In this document: positions 27,536-41,423 of the stretch, in pieces
Numbering within the stretch: the stretch's first letter is position 1
Layout of the letters: every line of letters starts with the position of its first letter
From: Octopus vulgaris
Taxonomy: Eukaryota
NCBI GenBank assembly: GCA_951406725.2
Contig: OX597815.1
Span: 172,980,001 to 173,044,000, forward strand
DNA length: 64,000 bases
Direction: 5' to 3'
Translations under genes and position numbers: made by a program
The notes under the pieces: generated by a model
Seen by the model: the letters and a program-made list of their open reading frames with translations, nothing else
The model's database searches: none
Told to the model about the DNA's origin: nothing

Positions 27536-28005
27536 TTAATGTCTACTTTTCCATGCTTGCATGGGCCAGACAAGAGTATGTTGGAGCAGAATTTTCTGTA
27601 GTGGGGTGGATAGGTGCAGGTGTGGCTATCTGGTAAAAAGCTTGCTTCCCAACCACATGGCTCCAGATTTAGTCCCACAGCATGATACCTAGGGCAAGTG
27701 TCTTCCACTATATCCTTGGGCTGATCACAGACTTATGAGTGGATTTGGAAAACAGAAACTGGAAGAAGCTTGTTATATATTCTTTTACTTGTTTCAGTCA
27801 TTTGACTGCAGCCATGCTGGAGCACCACCTTTAGTTGAACAAATCGACCCCAGGACTTATTCTTTGTAAGCCTAGTACTTATTCTATCGGTCTCTTTTAC
27901 AGAACTGCTAAGTTACGGGATATAAACACACCAACATCAGTGTCAAGTGATGTTGGGGGGACAAAGACAGACACACAAATACATACATATATATACATAC
28001 ATACA

Positions 28006-28044
<39 letters not shown>

Positions 28045-28673
28045 CATGCTTCTTTCAGTTTCCATCTACCAAATCCACTAACAAGTCTTTGGTCAGCCCG
28101 AGGCTATAGTAGAGGACACTTGCCCAAGGTGCCATGCAATGAGACTGTACCTGGAACCATGTGGTTGAGAAGCAAGCATATATAGTATATATCTATGTAT
28201 GTGTCTTTGTGTCCGTGTTTGTTCCCCATCACCACTTGACAACCAGTGTTGATGCATTTACATCCCCATAACTTAACAGTTCAGCAAAAAAGACTGATAG
28301 AATACACATACATATCTGTATAGATATATATACAATACATACACACACACACACACATACTGATATATAATTAAGAGATCCAAAGATCTAAGTTTCGGAA
28401 GTTTGTAAGATTTGAGAAGTCCATGGTAGGTATAAAAAACAATGGTCAGGAACAATAATAATTTGTTGGCATTGAAGGTTGTAATCTTTTCCTATATTAA
28501 AGTTCAATAAGCTGAAAAAAATTTCCATAGCTCACGGTTATCAACTTGAGTTGCTATGAATGTGAATAAAAATCCAAACTAAAGGAGTGGAGCAGGTAAA
28601 ATTCAGGTTACATGTTTCCTACATAGCAGATCCTTTAATGTAATGTATATAATGTATGTATGTATGTATTTAT

Positions 28674-28919
28674 CTTTCGAGTGCTAGTGGTAACATGTAA
28701 CCCAGTACAACCTGTTGCATGGTCGGGTCGTCAGCGACTAAACCGGCAACCCCACCAAGCTTGCTTGGTTGAGGAGTGTGTTTATTGGACACCCTGCGGG
28801 ATGAAAAACAAAACCCGTCAAAGGGCGGAGGACCTCTTGAGAGTCAACGGCTATCCAATAAATGTCTTAAGGCTGTATCATGCGAGGGGACATAGAAATA
28901 ATCGGACTGAATACCCGAT
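28674..28919 (+). mobile_element. second copy of the 26093 repeat, embedded in (ATGT)n
   Basis: Direct alignment, few substitutions, same left end. Confidence 0.6.
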
Positions 28920-28938
28920 GTATGTATGTATGTATGTA

Positions 28939-28969
<31 letters not shown>

Positions 28970-29388
28970 ATGTATTTATGTATTCAGTTTGCAAATGCCT
29001 TTCATCATGAACAAACAACTTTTTTAACATAAAATGTTTTGGGTGATGAACAGTAAAATGAGTCCTTGAATTTCCTCTGGGAAAAATTATTTTGATTTAC
29101 AAACATTTTAGGTGATGAATGGCCTTCAGGAACAGATTAAATTCATCAACTGAGATTCCATTGTATTTATAGCAGACAGACAGACAGACGGACGGACGGA
29201 CAGACGGATGGATGGATAACTTAGCAGTTCAGCCTAAGAGAATGGATGAATGATAGAATAAGTGCTAGACTTAAAAAGTGAGCATTGGAGTCGATTTGTT
29301 CAACTAAACACTTCAAGATGGTGCCTCAGCATAGCTGCAGTTCAATGACTGAAACAAGTAAAAGATAACAGATAACAAAAGGGGTTAA

Positions 29389-29610
29389 CCTTTTTGATAC
29401 CAACCCGGCCAAAACCGCCTCTGGCTCTGTAATACAAATGTCTTGTTTTCATAAGTTTTGAATTAAAATCTTCCACCAAACCTTAGTCACAATTTATGTT
29501 CCCAACACTAGCTTAGTGATAACTAAGTTATTTTATTAAATTTTTTGTTATATTTAAAATTAATTGAATAAAACACAGAGCATCTCAAAATAAATACGGT
29601 AACGAAAGGG
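29389..29610. mobile_element. piggyBac-type MITE, same family as 27320
   Basis: TTAA on both sides, near-identical interior. Older copies at about 31660-31905 and 49562-49622. Confidence 0.85.
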
Positions 29611-32514
29611 TTAAACCTGTATGAAATATTCCAGATAAATCAAACAACTGACATATACAATTTTATAGCACTCTAGATAATTCTCACTAGAATTCTATCA
29701 TTATTTTGATTGCTACTTGCCATTTTCATTAAGAGTGTAGACTTGAAAACATAGGAAACCTATAACAAAGAGACAGTGAAATTATTTAGTAATTTTTCTG
29801 GGTGAAACTAAAGATAACTAAATGGAAGAGTACATGCTATCTTATATTTTATCAAAAACCATTATAGTACATGTAACATATAATATGGACAGTTGGGCCT
29901 CACAGAGGTAAAGTGGCCGAGTTACTTTCAAGCATTAGGCCTCATAGAGGCAAAGTGATTCAGTTCCTTTTGAGAGTTGAGCCTCATGGAAGCAAAGTAG
30001 CTGAGTTCCTTTTGAGTGTTGGACCCTATAGAGGCAATGGCCAAGACCTTTGGCATTATGTCATGCTTGAGAAGAAGACACATTAAGCCAAGCAAAATCA
30101 CAGTTGTGGCAGATACCGGTGTCATGCAAATGGCACCCATGCTGATGGTACTTAAAAGCAACCATTACACTCTCGGAGTGGTTGGCGTTACGAAGGGCAT
30201 CCAGCTGTAGAAAACCATGCCAAGTCAGACTGGAGTCTGGTGCAGCCTTCCAGCTTACCAGCCCTGATCAAACCATCGAACCCATGCTAACATGGACAAC
30301 AGATGTTAAATGATGATGATGATGATGGGGTTCTTGGTTATTAAAATGGGTCCATCATTAACTGTTTTATTTGTAGAAAACAATATTGAAATACATGTTG
30401 GAAAAATTATAACATTTGCATAGGTTTGCAGGAGGGCTTGTTCAAATTAGTTAAATATTCTTGGCTTCAGTGTGATTTGAACCTAGAATATAGAGACAGA
30501 TAACTAAATACTGGAAAGCATTTTGTTCTCCTGTCAACTGAATTTGCCAATCAGTTGCCTTTATCATTCCTATGATATTGGAGCTGCATCACAATCCTTT
30601 AGTGACTTTTATCTTTTATTTGTTCCATTCATTAAACTGCAGCCATGCTGGGGCACTGCCTTGAAGAACTTTTAGTACTCTTTAAGCCTGGTATTTATTC
30701 TATCTGTCTTTTTTTTTGCCAAACTGCTAAGTTATGGGGATGTAAACACACAAACATTGGTCATCAAGTGATGGTGTGGAGACAAACACAGACATACACA
30801 TATATATATATATACACACACATATACATTATATATATATACATACACATATATTTTATATATATATACATATATTTTATATTTAAATATATATCTATAC
30901 AATGGGCTTCTTTCAGTTTCCATCTACCAGATCTACTCACAAGGCTTTGGTCAGCCTGAGGTTATAGAAAAAGACACTTGCCCAAGGTGCCATACAGTGG
31001 GACTGCATCTGGAACCACATGGTTGGGAAGTAAGCTTCTTACCACACAACCATGCATTTTCCTATGTAGTAAAAATTCCATAACCTTTCTTCATCACTAT
31101 CTTCTCCAAAGACTAATCCCCATAAGGCAGATCTAATTTTTTTTGATGCGTCCTTCTCTCAGCTACTACATTTCATATTGTTACATTACAAATCCAGTAA
31201 GTTATTCAGATTATTCAAATTCATTCTTTTTCAAGCATAAGTCCTTTAGTAGAGAGTCTTCACCAAACAGGGACTTTCATAATGGATAGCTCAGAATCTA
31301 GGCATATTTACCAAAAAAAAGAGTAGGCATGATGCTTCTAAGATATATTGCAACAAATATATCTAAAATTTTAGCAGTCGGTAAAGGTCATACAACTAAG
31401 AGTGCAAAGTGGTAGAAGCTTTTATTGCAAAATCTGTAGTACTTTGCACAGCAGACATTATTATTGATGCAAACACTAATTGTTATTGTTGTTTGGCCTA
31501 AAGCAACGCTAATAGAGCAAGCCTATGACTACAGGAATTCCAACCGTGACCATCCTGTTTAATAATGTTATGAATAATCATTCAAAGAATCTATTTTTTT
31601 CTGAATACTACTTGACATTTAAGCTTTACAATTGAGATTAAACTTGAAAACACAAGAAACCCATAATTGTTACATATTTCAGTTGAAAGACACTGCCTTT
31701 GTTTCAATTACTTTTGAAAATAATGAAGAATTTAGTGAAATAATTATCATTATTATGCTATTGATTAGAACATAAATTGACATATATTAACATAAAATTT
31801 TCATGGAAATTGTGATGGAAAGTTTTAATTTAGGTCACTTTAAAACAGCAAATTTGTATAACAGAACCAGGGCTGGTCTCAGGCAGGTTGGTATCAAAAC
31901 AGTTAAGAGAAAGAATTTCTTTTAAAGAAACTATGGCAATTTTCTTGGTTAATTTGAAGATATCTGAATCAACTCAAGAGAATTTGCTATTTTTAAAACC
32001 ATAACATAAAACAAGATAGTACCAAAGTTATTAAAATGGGTCTACCATTAGCTGCTGAATTTGAGGAAAACAATTTTTGCAATATAATTATAAGCTTATA
32101 AGCATTTACCATATATTGCATAGAAAATAGTTTAATATAGGGACATATAAGCCCTCAGCAAAAAAAAAAATAATAATAAAATGGGTGAGTACACATGGGA
32201 ATCAAACCCATCCTCTTATTTTCACTATAAATGTGCTGACCAACTGCACCAACTTACTCCCCTTTCCAATAAATGTTGGATAATAACTATTTGTGTGGAG
32301 CTTTATAGGGATATTTAGAACTACATTATCTAATATGACTTTCACATTAAGACAATGGAGTACAAATTCATGATCTGGAGTAGATTATTTCCACAAGCTG
32401 ATTTGTCTAAATAAAGACTTCCTTATTTGCTTGATAATCACTAATTATTGAGTTAAAGGTTCATTGATTTGCAGTGCTAAGTTCAATTCCACCATCAGAA
32501 AAAAAAAATCACCT

Positions 32515-32899
32515 GCACAGGAGTGGCTGAGTGGTAAGTAGCTCGCTTACGAACCACATGGTTCCGGGTTCAGTCCCACTGTGTGGCACCTTGGGCAAGT
32601 GTCTTTTACTATAGCCTCGGGCCGACCAAAGCCTTGTGAGTGGATTTGGTAGACGTTAACTGAAAGAAGCCTGTTGTATATATATATATGTATATATGTG
32701 TGTGTCTGTGTTTGTCCCCCCAACATTGCCTGACAACCGATGCTGGTGTGTTTACGTCCCCATAACTTAGCGGTTTGGCAAAAGAGACCAATAGAATAAG
32801 TACTAGGCTTACAAAGAATACGTCCTGGGGTCGATTTGCTCAACTAAAGGTGGTGCTCCAGCATGGCCGCAGTCAAATGACTGAAACAAGTAAAAGAGT
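32515..32899 (+). mobile_element. tRNA-derived CORE-type SINE (family A), full length
   Basis: A/B-box head (GGAGTGGCTG..GGTAAG..GGTTCAGTCCC), CACCTTGGGCAAGTG core, internal TA/TG tract, tail GAAACAAGTAAAAGAGTA. Confidence 0.9.
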
Positions 32900-35800
32900 A
32901 TAATCAGACACTCGGAGAGAAATTATTATCTTGACACCATAGAAATTAAAAGCATGCACTATGAGCCAATCATTACAAAAGACTATGAAAGAATAATTTG
33001 CCCCTGGAAATTCATAAGACTTTCAGTCATAAAACCTAAAGCATCTACCATCTGTACTGTTTCTGTTCCACTATCATACACAACTTTCAATACTACATCC
33101 CACTCAATTGAGGGGGGTCTTGCTTTGAAGGTACTTAGTAACTTCCCTAGTGCTGGTGCTACAAGAAAAGTACCCTGTAAAGTGGTTGGCATTAGGAAGG
33201 ATATCCAGCTGTAGAAACCATACCAAAGCAGACACTGGAGCTCAGTGCTTCCCTCTGGTTCATTGGTTTTTGTTGAATCATCCAATCCGTGCCAGCATGG
33301 AAAAATGATGATGATCATCATCATAATGATATGTTGGCATTTTTATTATTACTTAGTTCAGGGAGGTTAGTTGTAGAATTATTAGCTCATTTGACAAAAT
33401 ACCATATGGTATTTTTTTTCCAGCCATTTACATTCTGTGTTCAAATTCAGTTGACACCAGCTTTGCCTTTAATCCTGTCAGGGAGGAGTCAACAAAATAA
33501 AATAAAATAAAATGCCAGTCAAGTACTGCAGTTAACAAAATTGACTAACTCCTCCCTTCAGAATTGCTGGCCTTTGTGCTTAAATTAGAAGCTTTAATTA
33601 TTATTTAATCTGATAGAGAAGTACAATATGTCGTCATCATCCATCATCATTGTTTTTACATCTACTTTTTCCATGCTAATATACGTTAGATAAGACTTAT
33701 TAAGGCAGTATTCTAAGGTTGGATGCTAGTTCTGTCACCAGTCTTCATTTTTCAAGTATTCTGTTTATATTCCACTAGTCTTCACATCAAACCAATGAAA
33801 CTGCCAAGCTACCAGACTTATTCTTTAGGATAAATGTGAAGAAAAGTAGCTGCTCAATGTCAATATGAAGACATGCAGAACACTTGCACACACACACACA
33901 CCATACATTATATTTACATATATATGTACACACACACACACAATAGGCTTCAATGCAGTTTTCATCTACAACATTTCACTCATTGTTAAATCAGAGGCTA
34001 TAGAAGACACTTTTCCAATGAACCATGCAATGGTATAGAACCTGAAACCACACAGATGCAAAGCAAACTTTGTAACCACACAACATTTAGTACTATAATG
34101 GTCAGCTTATGCTCTCTTTTTCTATTTATTTAGTAACCAAAAAGCTGACAGAATTCTTAGCATGTCAGACAAAACGTTTCGTAGCTTTTCTTCTGAGTTC
34201 AAATACTATTCAGCTTTGCCTTTCATCCTTTTAGGTTGATGAAAGAAGTACCAGTTGGGCACTGGGGTTGATTTAATTGACTAATCCCTGCCTTCTAAAA
34301 GTGTTGGCTTTGTACTAAAATTTTAAACCAATTTAGTAGTCCAAGATATTAAAGGTCCAGGTGACAATTATTTATTTAAAACTGACCAATATATATGATT
34401 TTTAATAATAATACTAATTGCTCCTAACATTAAACAAAAGACCAGAAATTGTGGGAAGGGGTTAATCAATTAAATCAACTCCTTTGCTTATCTTAACAAT
34501 TTTAGGATGAAAGGCAAAGCTGAACTCAGTGGAAGAGAGACTGGTTTAGAAGTGGTATGAGTAAAACATTGCTATGAAGTGTTGTAGTAGTGGTGGTGGT
34601 GGTAGTAGTAGTAGTAGTAGCAGCAGCAGCTATATCAGTAGTTTGCCATACCAGATATTTAGGCCTGTTCCATAATCAAACCTTCCTCTGTTACTCACTC
34701 ACTACAGAACATGCATTCTATTTTAAAGTTTTAGAATAAATTTTACTGACACAGAAAAAAGTTGTTTTCAGAACTCATTCACCTCATGCAAGATATAATC
34801 ATATCAAAGTACATGCATAAATATCACCGGTAACATCCCATCCAAACCTATCCTAATTACATCTCTTTATTTATGGCACCCTTATGCCTCATCTTCACAA
34901 AACTTATTGTAAACACCATTCTTAACCTAATCATTCTTCTCCAAACAACCACCTTTGTTAACATGGTCTGCAGAAGAAAGTTTAAAGAGCAAGTGTAATA
35001 CCAATTACTTTTGTCTGACCAACTCAAAATTCATGGAAAGACTAGACACAACTTCTCCTCTGAGGATTAATCTTTTAGTATTTAAATCTGCCATATTAAA
35101 CCCAAATATTCTACATATTTTATGTTAAAACCAGCTAGATCCAGCTTATCACACCTACCTTACAATGTTGTTATAAAAATAAACAATCACATCAACAAAA
35201 TCTTGAAGTTATATAATACATGATTAATTCAAAACAATGTGAATAAATAAGCATTTCATTCAACAGAGTAATCTGAAAGGTAATATTTATCCTCTCTTAA
35301 ACGTGAATCTTCTGTTAGAACAAAGTATACTGCAGTAGATACCATGATAGAAACTCACACATTGGCTTTTGGTGCAAAATGCACACTTGTTTATATTGCT
35401 AGTAGGGAGATAAATCCTTGTCATCTCCAGTACTGAGACCTCCAGTTCATGTGATTTTGACTTTCTGTGGTCTCATCAATAATGGACGCATGACCGCTGG
35501 AGATAGCAGCAACTCATCTCCCTCCCAGTGATATATAATCTAAATGCTAAAGGGCTAAGCCACAGAACTGAACCTGAGTGCTGATGAGAGAATGAGCTCT
35601 GATAAAGGCACTCAAGGTGCTAAGTAGTGGTGTTAAACTGGAAGCCAAATTAAGGGTAACACCCAAGTAGAACAAGGCAGGATCTGAACTCAGATTGCAA
35701 TGCAAAAATGAATAATAAATAAAAATACTGCAAAGCATCCAGTTCAGCATTTTTATAGTTCTGCCAATTTACAGGTCTAGATTGGTACTTTTTTAAGAAC

Positions 35801-37181
35801 CCTAAAAGGATCGAAAGTAAAGGTTGGCCTATGTGGCAAAGTTTTGCCAAATTGTGTTTGCTCTTTATTTTCAGTCAGTCATTTCATTTAATATCTATGC
35901 TTCCATGGGTCAGATGCAATTTGTTGAGGCAGATTTTCTATGGTTGGATGCCTTTCCAGTCACCAACCCTCACCTGTTTCCAAGCAAAGTAATATTTCCC
36001 CATGGCCAGACATGCTTTCATGGAAGACTGGAAATGACCAGCATTGCTTGTAGGACAGTGGAACTCATTTACAACCATCATGTAATATCAAGAAAAGGAT
36101 ACACACAAATACACTCATATACATTATGCCTATCTATCTATATCTATATGACAAACTTCTTTCAATTCCTGTCTACCAAATCCTCTTACAAGGCTTTTGT
36201 TAACCTGGGACTATTATAGAAGACACTTCTCCAAGATAGCATGCAGCAAGACTGAACCCAAGGCAACATGGTTGGGAAGCAAGCTTCTCAATCAAACAAC
36301 CACACAATTCTGAACAGTTATTTGTTTGAATAGCAAAATTAATTGATTGAATACTAATCTTTTCATCCTAAGGAAAATCAAATGCATTTTATTTTATTTT
36401 TATAACAAGGGAGTAGATAACTGTCTGGCTAGAGTGACTTAACTGGGTAATTATATTGATTGGAAGCAAATTTAAAAAAGAAAAACAATATTTGCTTATT
36501 TGAAATGAATCAAGAAATATGGGTTTCTGTTGTGATAACATTTTACTGAAGTAAAATGCCTATAACAGAGAATCCAAACCAGAGAACAAAACCAGATCAC
36601 AGGGAACTTTACAAAAATAATGGTGACAAATTTTGGCACAAGACCAGCCATTTTGGGGAGTGGGGGAGGATGTCAATTACCTTGACTCCAGTGCTCGACT
36701 GGTACTTATTTTATCGACCCAGAAAGGATGAAAGGTAAAGTCAACCTCAGCAGATTTTGAACTCAGAACATAAAGACAAGCGAAATGAAGTTAAGTATTT
36801 TGGCCATCATGCTAACAATTCTGCCAGTTCACTGCCTTACAATAATAATAAACCTTTCTACAATAGGCACAAGGCTGGAAATTTTGTGAGGGCTAGTCAA
36901 TTACATCAACCTCAGTGTTCAACTGGTACTTATTTAATTGATCCTGAAAGGATAAAAGGCAAAGTCAACCTTGGTTGAATTTGAACTCAGAATGTAAAGA
37001 CGGACAAAATGCTGATAAGCATTTCGTTCAGCGTGTTAATGATTCTGCCAGCTAGGTTTCTAATATATAAGCTGAAGGAATTTTTTCAGTGGGAGTGGGG
37101 AGTCAATTAAATTAACCCCTGTACTCTTATCAACCCTACAAAGATTAAAGTCAAAATTGACATCAGTGATTGAGGAACTGA

Positions 37182-37214
<33 letters not shown>

Positions 37215-37505
37215 AACTCACAATTTAGTAATGTTAGGAGTAAGAATATGTTCATATCACTTTCTTATAGGACTCATAGTGTCATGAAAACCGCCTTCCA
37301 TTGTAACTCGTAAGATATTTTTTTAATCTATTTTGTCAAAGAGAAATATTAAAAGCTAAAAGAGCTAAATAATAGTAAAGAATAATATCAACATATTTTA
37401 ATATGGCACCTAAGGCCATGTGACGAGAGAATAGTTAACAAAATATATATTACTGAGAGTATATATATATTACTAATGTTATCGACTCTGGAAAGTCATG
37501 TCGAC

Positions 37506-37556
37506 TCAGGTGAGGAAAATAAGGGCCGAAACTAAATATTAGGTATTTAGTCCTGA
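37506..37556 (+). ncRNA. degenerate type I hammerhead motif
   Basis: Stem I TCAG/CTGA; core GTGAGGA (C3 changed to G); GAAAC-TAAATA..TATTTA-GTC gives an 8-bp stem III; the 5' arm of stem II is missing. Confidence 0.45.
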
Positions 37557-37979
37557 CCTATAAAAAACAAAAAATAAGTTATAAACATACACACAGACAC
37601 ACACACAGCCTTATTTTGAAATAAAATAAATTGTTACTGATGTTACTGATATTAAAAATAAATAAATAAATAAATAAATAAAGACCGAATTTTCAAGCGA
37701 GCGTTTATAATCGATTGACTGGATCTAGCCATGTTACTTTAGCATGTTTTCTCACCCACATAATGATGAAAAATAAAGTCGGCCATCTAAGATTGTAAAC
37801 TCTTGAATAGCTTACTTTACACATCTATGACAGTTCAATATCGTCTATGCTATCAAACTTTATACATCAATGATTTCCGATACTGGCATGATAACAATAC
37901 TCTGTTATTTCTTCGAAGCAAAAATAATCAGTGTTGTAAATCATCATTAATGGCTATGGAAAGAACGACAGAAATTACG

Positions 37980-38230
37980 AAAATTCTGTCTCTTGGATGA
38001 TCCACATCTATTTCCATGACAACGGTGACGTAATAATCTAATTGAAAACCTTCGCGATGACGTATATGGCTAGACAATTAGTCACAATTGCCTTGTTTAC
38101 GAGTTTCATTTCCAGTCACACAGGTTCAGTGGAACAAAGTAAGGTAGATAACTCGATAAACAAGTACTTGACGCTTAGCTCCCTTCTCATGAACCTTTTA
38201 CCATGTTCTATCACGCGTTTTTGTAAATAA
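37980..38230. promoter_or_regulatory. promoter-like CpG-enriched patch with RFX X-box and CRE/ATF sites
   Basis: ATTTCCATGACAAC (38010-38023) fits X-box RTHNYYWTRRNRAC exactly. TGACGTAA at 38026-38033 and TGACGTA at 38058-38064. Local CpG excess in sequence that does not look repetitive. Confidence 0.55.
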
Positions 38231-39217
38231 TTTGTACTAACCAGAACATAAAAATTGCAGTAGCAGTTGAACTAGCCTGTGGACATGTTCCAGTAAATTT
38301 TTTTTCATTGGGAAAATACATTACTTTTTATCTATTCTACCAAAAAATTTTGTAAATTTCCTTGTATATTATTATATTTTTAATTTCATTCTTGAAGGAG
38401 TGAAGTAAATACTAAAAGTATTGCACATTTCAAACTGAAGACTAATGAAAAGAACTAAAAGTAGATTTGAATAAACTTCATCCTTCGGTACTAATGAAGA
38501 AGAAATCATTTTTAGAAGCTACATATAAAAATAAGAATGCTATAAACAAACATATTTGTGGAAGAGGGAGACTCAGGAAGACATAGGATGAAGTAATGAA
38601 GGTCAATCTCAAAACTTGAACCTTATGAAGATGAGAGGACCGAATATGTCACATGGCGGTACTTGAGAAGACCTGCCCCCCACAACAGAATTGAGATCCT
38701 AAAACCAAAGTGTCACAAAAAAAACACTGGTGTGGGTGGTGGTGCCACATAGAAAATACTGGTTCTGGTGCCATGTAAAGAGCACAGGTGATGATGCCAC
38801 ATACAAAGCACCCAGTACATTTTGTGGAGTGGTCAGTGTTAGGAAGGGCATTCAGATGTAGAAACCAAGCCAAAACAGACTATGGAACCTGGTGTGACTC
38901 CTGGCCTTTCCAGTTCCTGTCAAGCCATCCATCCAACCCATGCCAGCATGGAAATTGGATTAAATGTTGAGGATATAATTTCTTTAAAATATGAAGCTCA
39001 ATAAACACACACACACATATATATATATATATATTAAAGAATATGTACTCCTTTTGTTTTTCTAGAAGACAGAGGTGGTTTTGCTAAGTGTGACTGGATA
39101 TTTGCAGTATGTGTGTATATGTGTTGTATGATTGTGTATATGCAAAAACATGGGAAAATAAATATTACAGCAATAAAGTAAATATGGAAAACAAAATTGT
39201 GATTTCTCAAATATAAA

Positions 39218-39223
39218 TTTATT
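39218..39223 (-). terminator. candidate polyadenylation signal AATAAA of DNTTIP2
   Basis: AATAAA a few nt after the stop codon. In AT-rich DNA this could be chance. Confidence 0.35.
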
Positions 39224-39229
39224 TCTAAA

Positions 39230-39308
39230 TTATTTCTTTTTTTTATTCTTGTTTCTGTTTCTTACTTTTTTGTTTTTAGCTAGATCAGCATATTTTTTCT
39301 TGACATAT
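39230..39308 (-). CDS. DNTTIP2: DNTTIP2 last coding exon (Q|YVKKKYADLAKNKKVRNRNKNKKKK*)
   Basis: TTTCATTTCAG acceptor, 1 nt + 26 codons ending TAA. The YxxxKY pattern and Lys-rich tail match Fcf2-family C-termini. Confidence 0.9.
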
Positions 39309-41423
39309 CTGAAATGAAAACCAAAAGGCAATTTAATGATTAAAATATTAATACAATCTTGTAAATACCTATGAATAAAAATATTTTGTGCCACTGTTCA
39401 TATTGTGAATACTGTATATCTTCAAAATACTATTTCATATAAAGTAATTATAAGAGATTCATATACTAAAGATTTGATTCAACAAATAATACAACTCAGT
39501 ATCCAGCATATACAAAGAACACTTGCCTATCATGTGTCACACCAATTATTAAAAAGATAATAGAACCATTTCTATTCAAAAATGACAACTAGGATAAAGT
39601 AATAGCAATAATATAGTTCCAATCTGGAGATGAGAAACCCTGACTTAAAATCCCCTTACCAGTCTGTCTGGTTGATGAAGGCAAGGTCTCATAGATAGGG
39701 ATCTACAACTTCAGAGGTAAAATCCAAAGGACTGGATTTCTCAGGAGATTGACACAACTCCTTTTCTGAGTTAGTATGTGTGCTACAAAACAAAGACCTG
39801 GAGCCAGAGTGTGTGGGCTTAAGCCCAGCAAGCTGTCAACCACCTTAAACAAACTCATGCCAATGGCTCATTTCAGCCCCCACTTTCTTATGAATGTTTC
39901 AACTGTTAGTGCCACTGATAAAAAGTGATCACTTGAATATGAGGAATATTGTAGTCAATGCACAGGGACACACTGACCCTGCAACCTTTAAAAACCTTAT
40001 GGAAGAGCTGCTGCAGTTCCAATCTGGAATTACATTTTTCAGTGATCCAATTTAACACATAGTTCTCTTTGAATAATTCTTTCTACTGTAGGTATTTGGC
40101 CTGAAATTTTGGGAAACAGGGCTAGTCGATTACATCAACCCCAGTGTTCAATTGGTATTTATTTTATCAAGTCTAAAAGACTGAAAGGCAAAGTTGACCA
40201 TGACAGAATTTGAATTTTAGTGTGCTAATGATTCTGCCAGCTCAATGAAGTTCGTTATCAGGAACAATAAGCAGAGTAAGTTTTAGTGAAATGATCTTAC
40301 TATCGCTCTTCCTTAAGAAATAGTTATTGTTGGATAAAGGATGAGAGAGATACTGGGATCTGGATCGGTAAACAGGTAAGTCAAAGTTACAAGTTTACAT
40401 AAATGTGGAAAATAAGTGATTATAAAACTTATTTAATGATGTAGACATACAAAAATGTCAATATTCTATGATCAGAGCTTGAAAACAAATGTCTTCTAAT
40501 TCATGTTAAACTATATTAGCCTATTTCGTTTTTGAATTTGGTTTGCAAGATTCTTTATGTGAGTTTGTGTGTTGAAGCATATTCTGTTGTGTCTGGGGAG
40601 AGTTATTTTCTTTTAATGCCTTATAGAGTCAAGACTATTGAAAAGGTTGCAAGACGCAATGAAAATATTAGGAAAATAAAAATAAGAAATAAGTGGAAAT
40701 TTTACCGGTGAGTGTGTTAAATTATAAGGCACAATAACAAAATGACTCTCCCCAGACAACAGAATATATTAGCCTAAATTACATTTATCAACCAATGAGG
40801 GATCAGCTAAGTTGTTTGAATGGCAAAATAACAATTTGACCTTCAAATCACACCCTACCATCTTAAAAGTAGGAAGGGAAACGTTGACAATAAAATTCAA
40901 AGAAAATATTATTATTACTATGATGAAGACATAACTCTTTGCATTCATTGCAATACAATTTGTTTATTACCTCCAAAAATTAAGTACCCTTGGTTCATAA
41001 ATTAAATGTAATTTAGGCTAAAATGTTTAACATAACTTAGAAGACATATTTTAGCAAGTTCTGATTATAGGGTACTAACAATTTTGAAACTACTTACAGG
41101 GATGTAAACACACCAACACCAGTTGTCAAGTGGGGGAAGAGATAACAAACATAACACAAACACACACATATGTATACCCAATGAGTTCCCACACAGGTTT
41201 TTATCTACCAAACTCACAAAGTATTTGTCACCTAGGGCTGTAGTAGGAAACACTCGTCCAATATGCCACACAGCGGGACTGAACTTGGAAGCACATGGTT
41301 GCAAAGCAACCTAAGCATTTCTTCCAACAAGCTGAAGAGCTACAGATTATGGAGTCTGTTTTCCTTCAAACAAAAAAAAATATTAAAATAGCAAACAAGG
41401 ATTAATAGAAAAAGTAAACCTAC

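Noticed and set aside
35573-35617. CTGATGA between GAGTG/CACTC with a short stem, hammerhead-like
   Set aside because: No GAAA and no UH triplet in the required position; a plain hairpin explains it.
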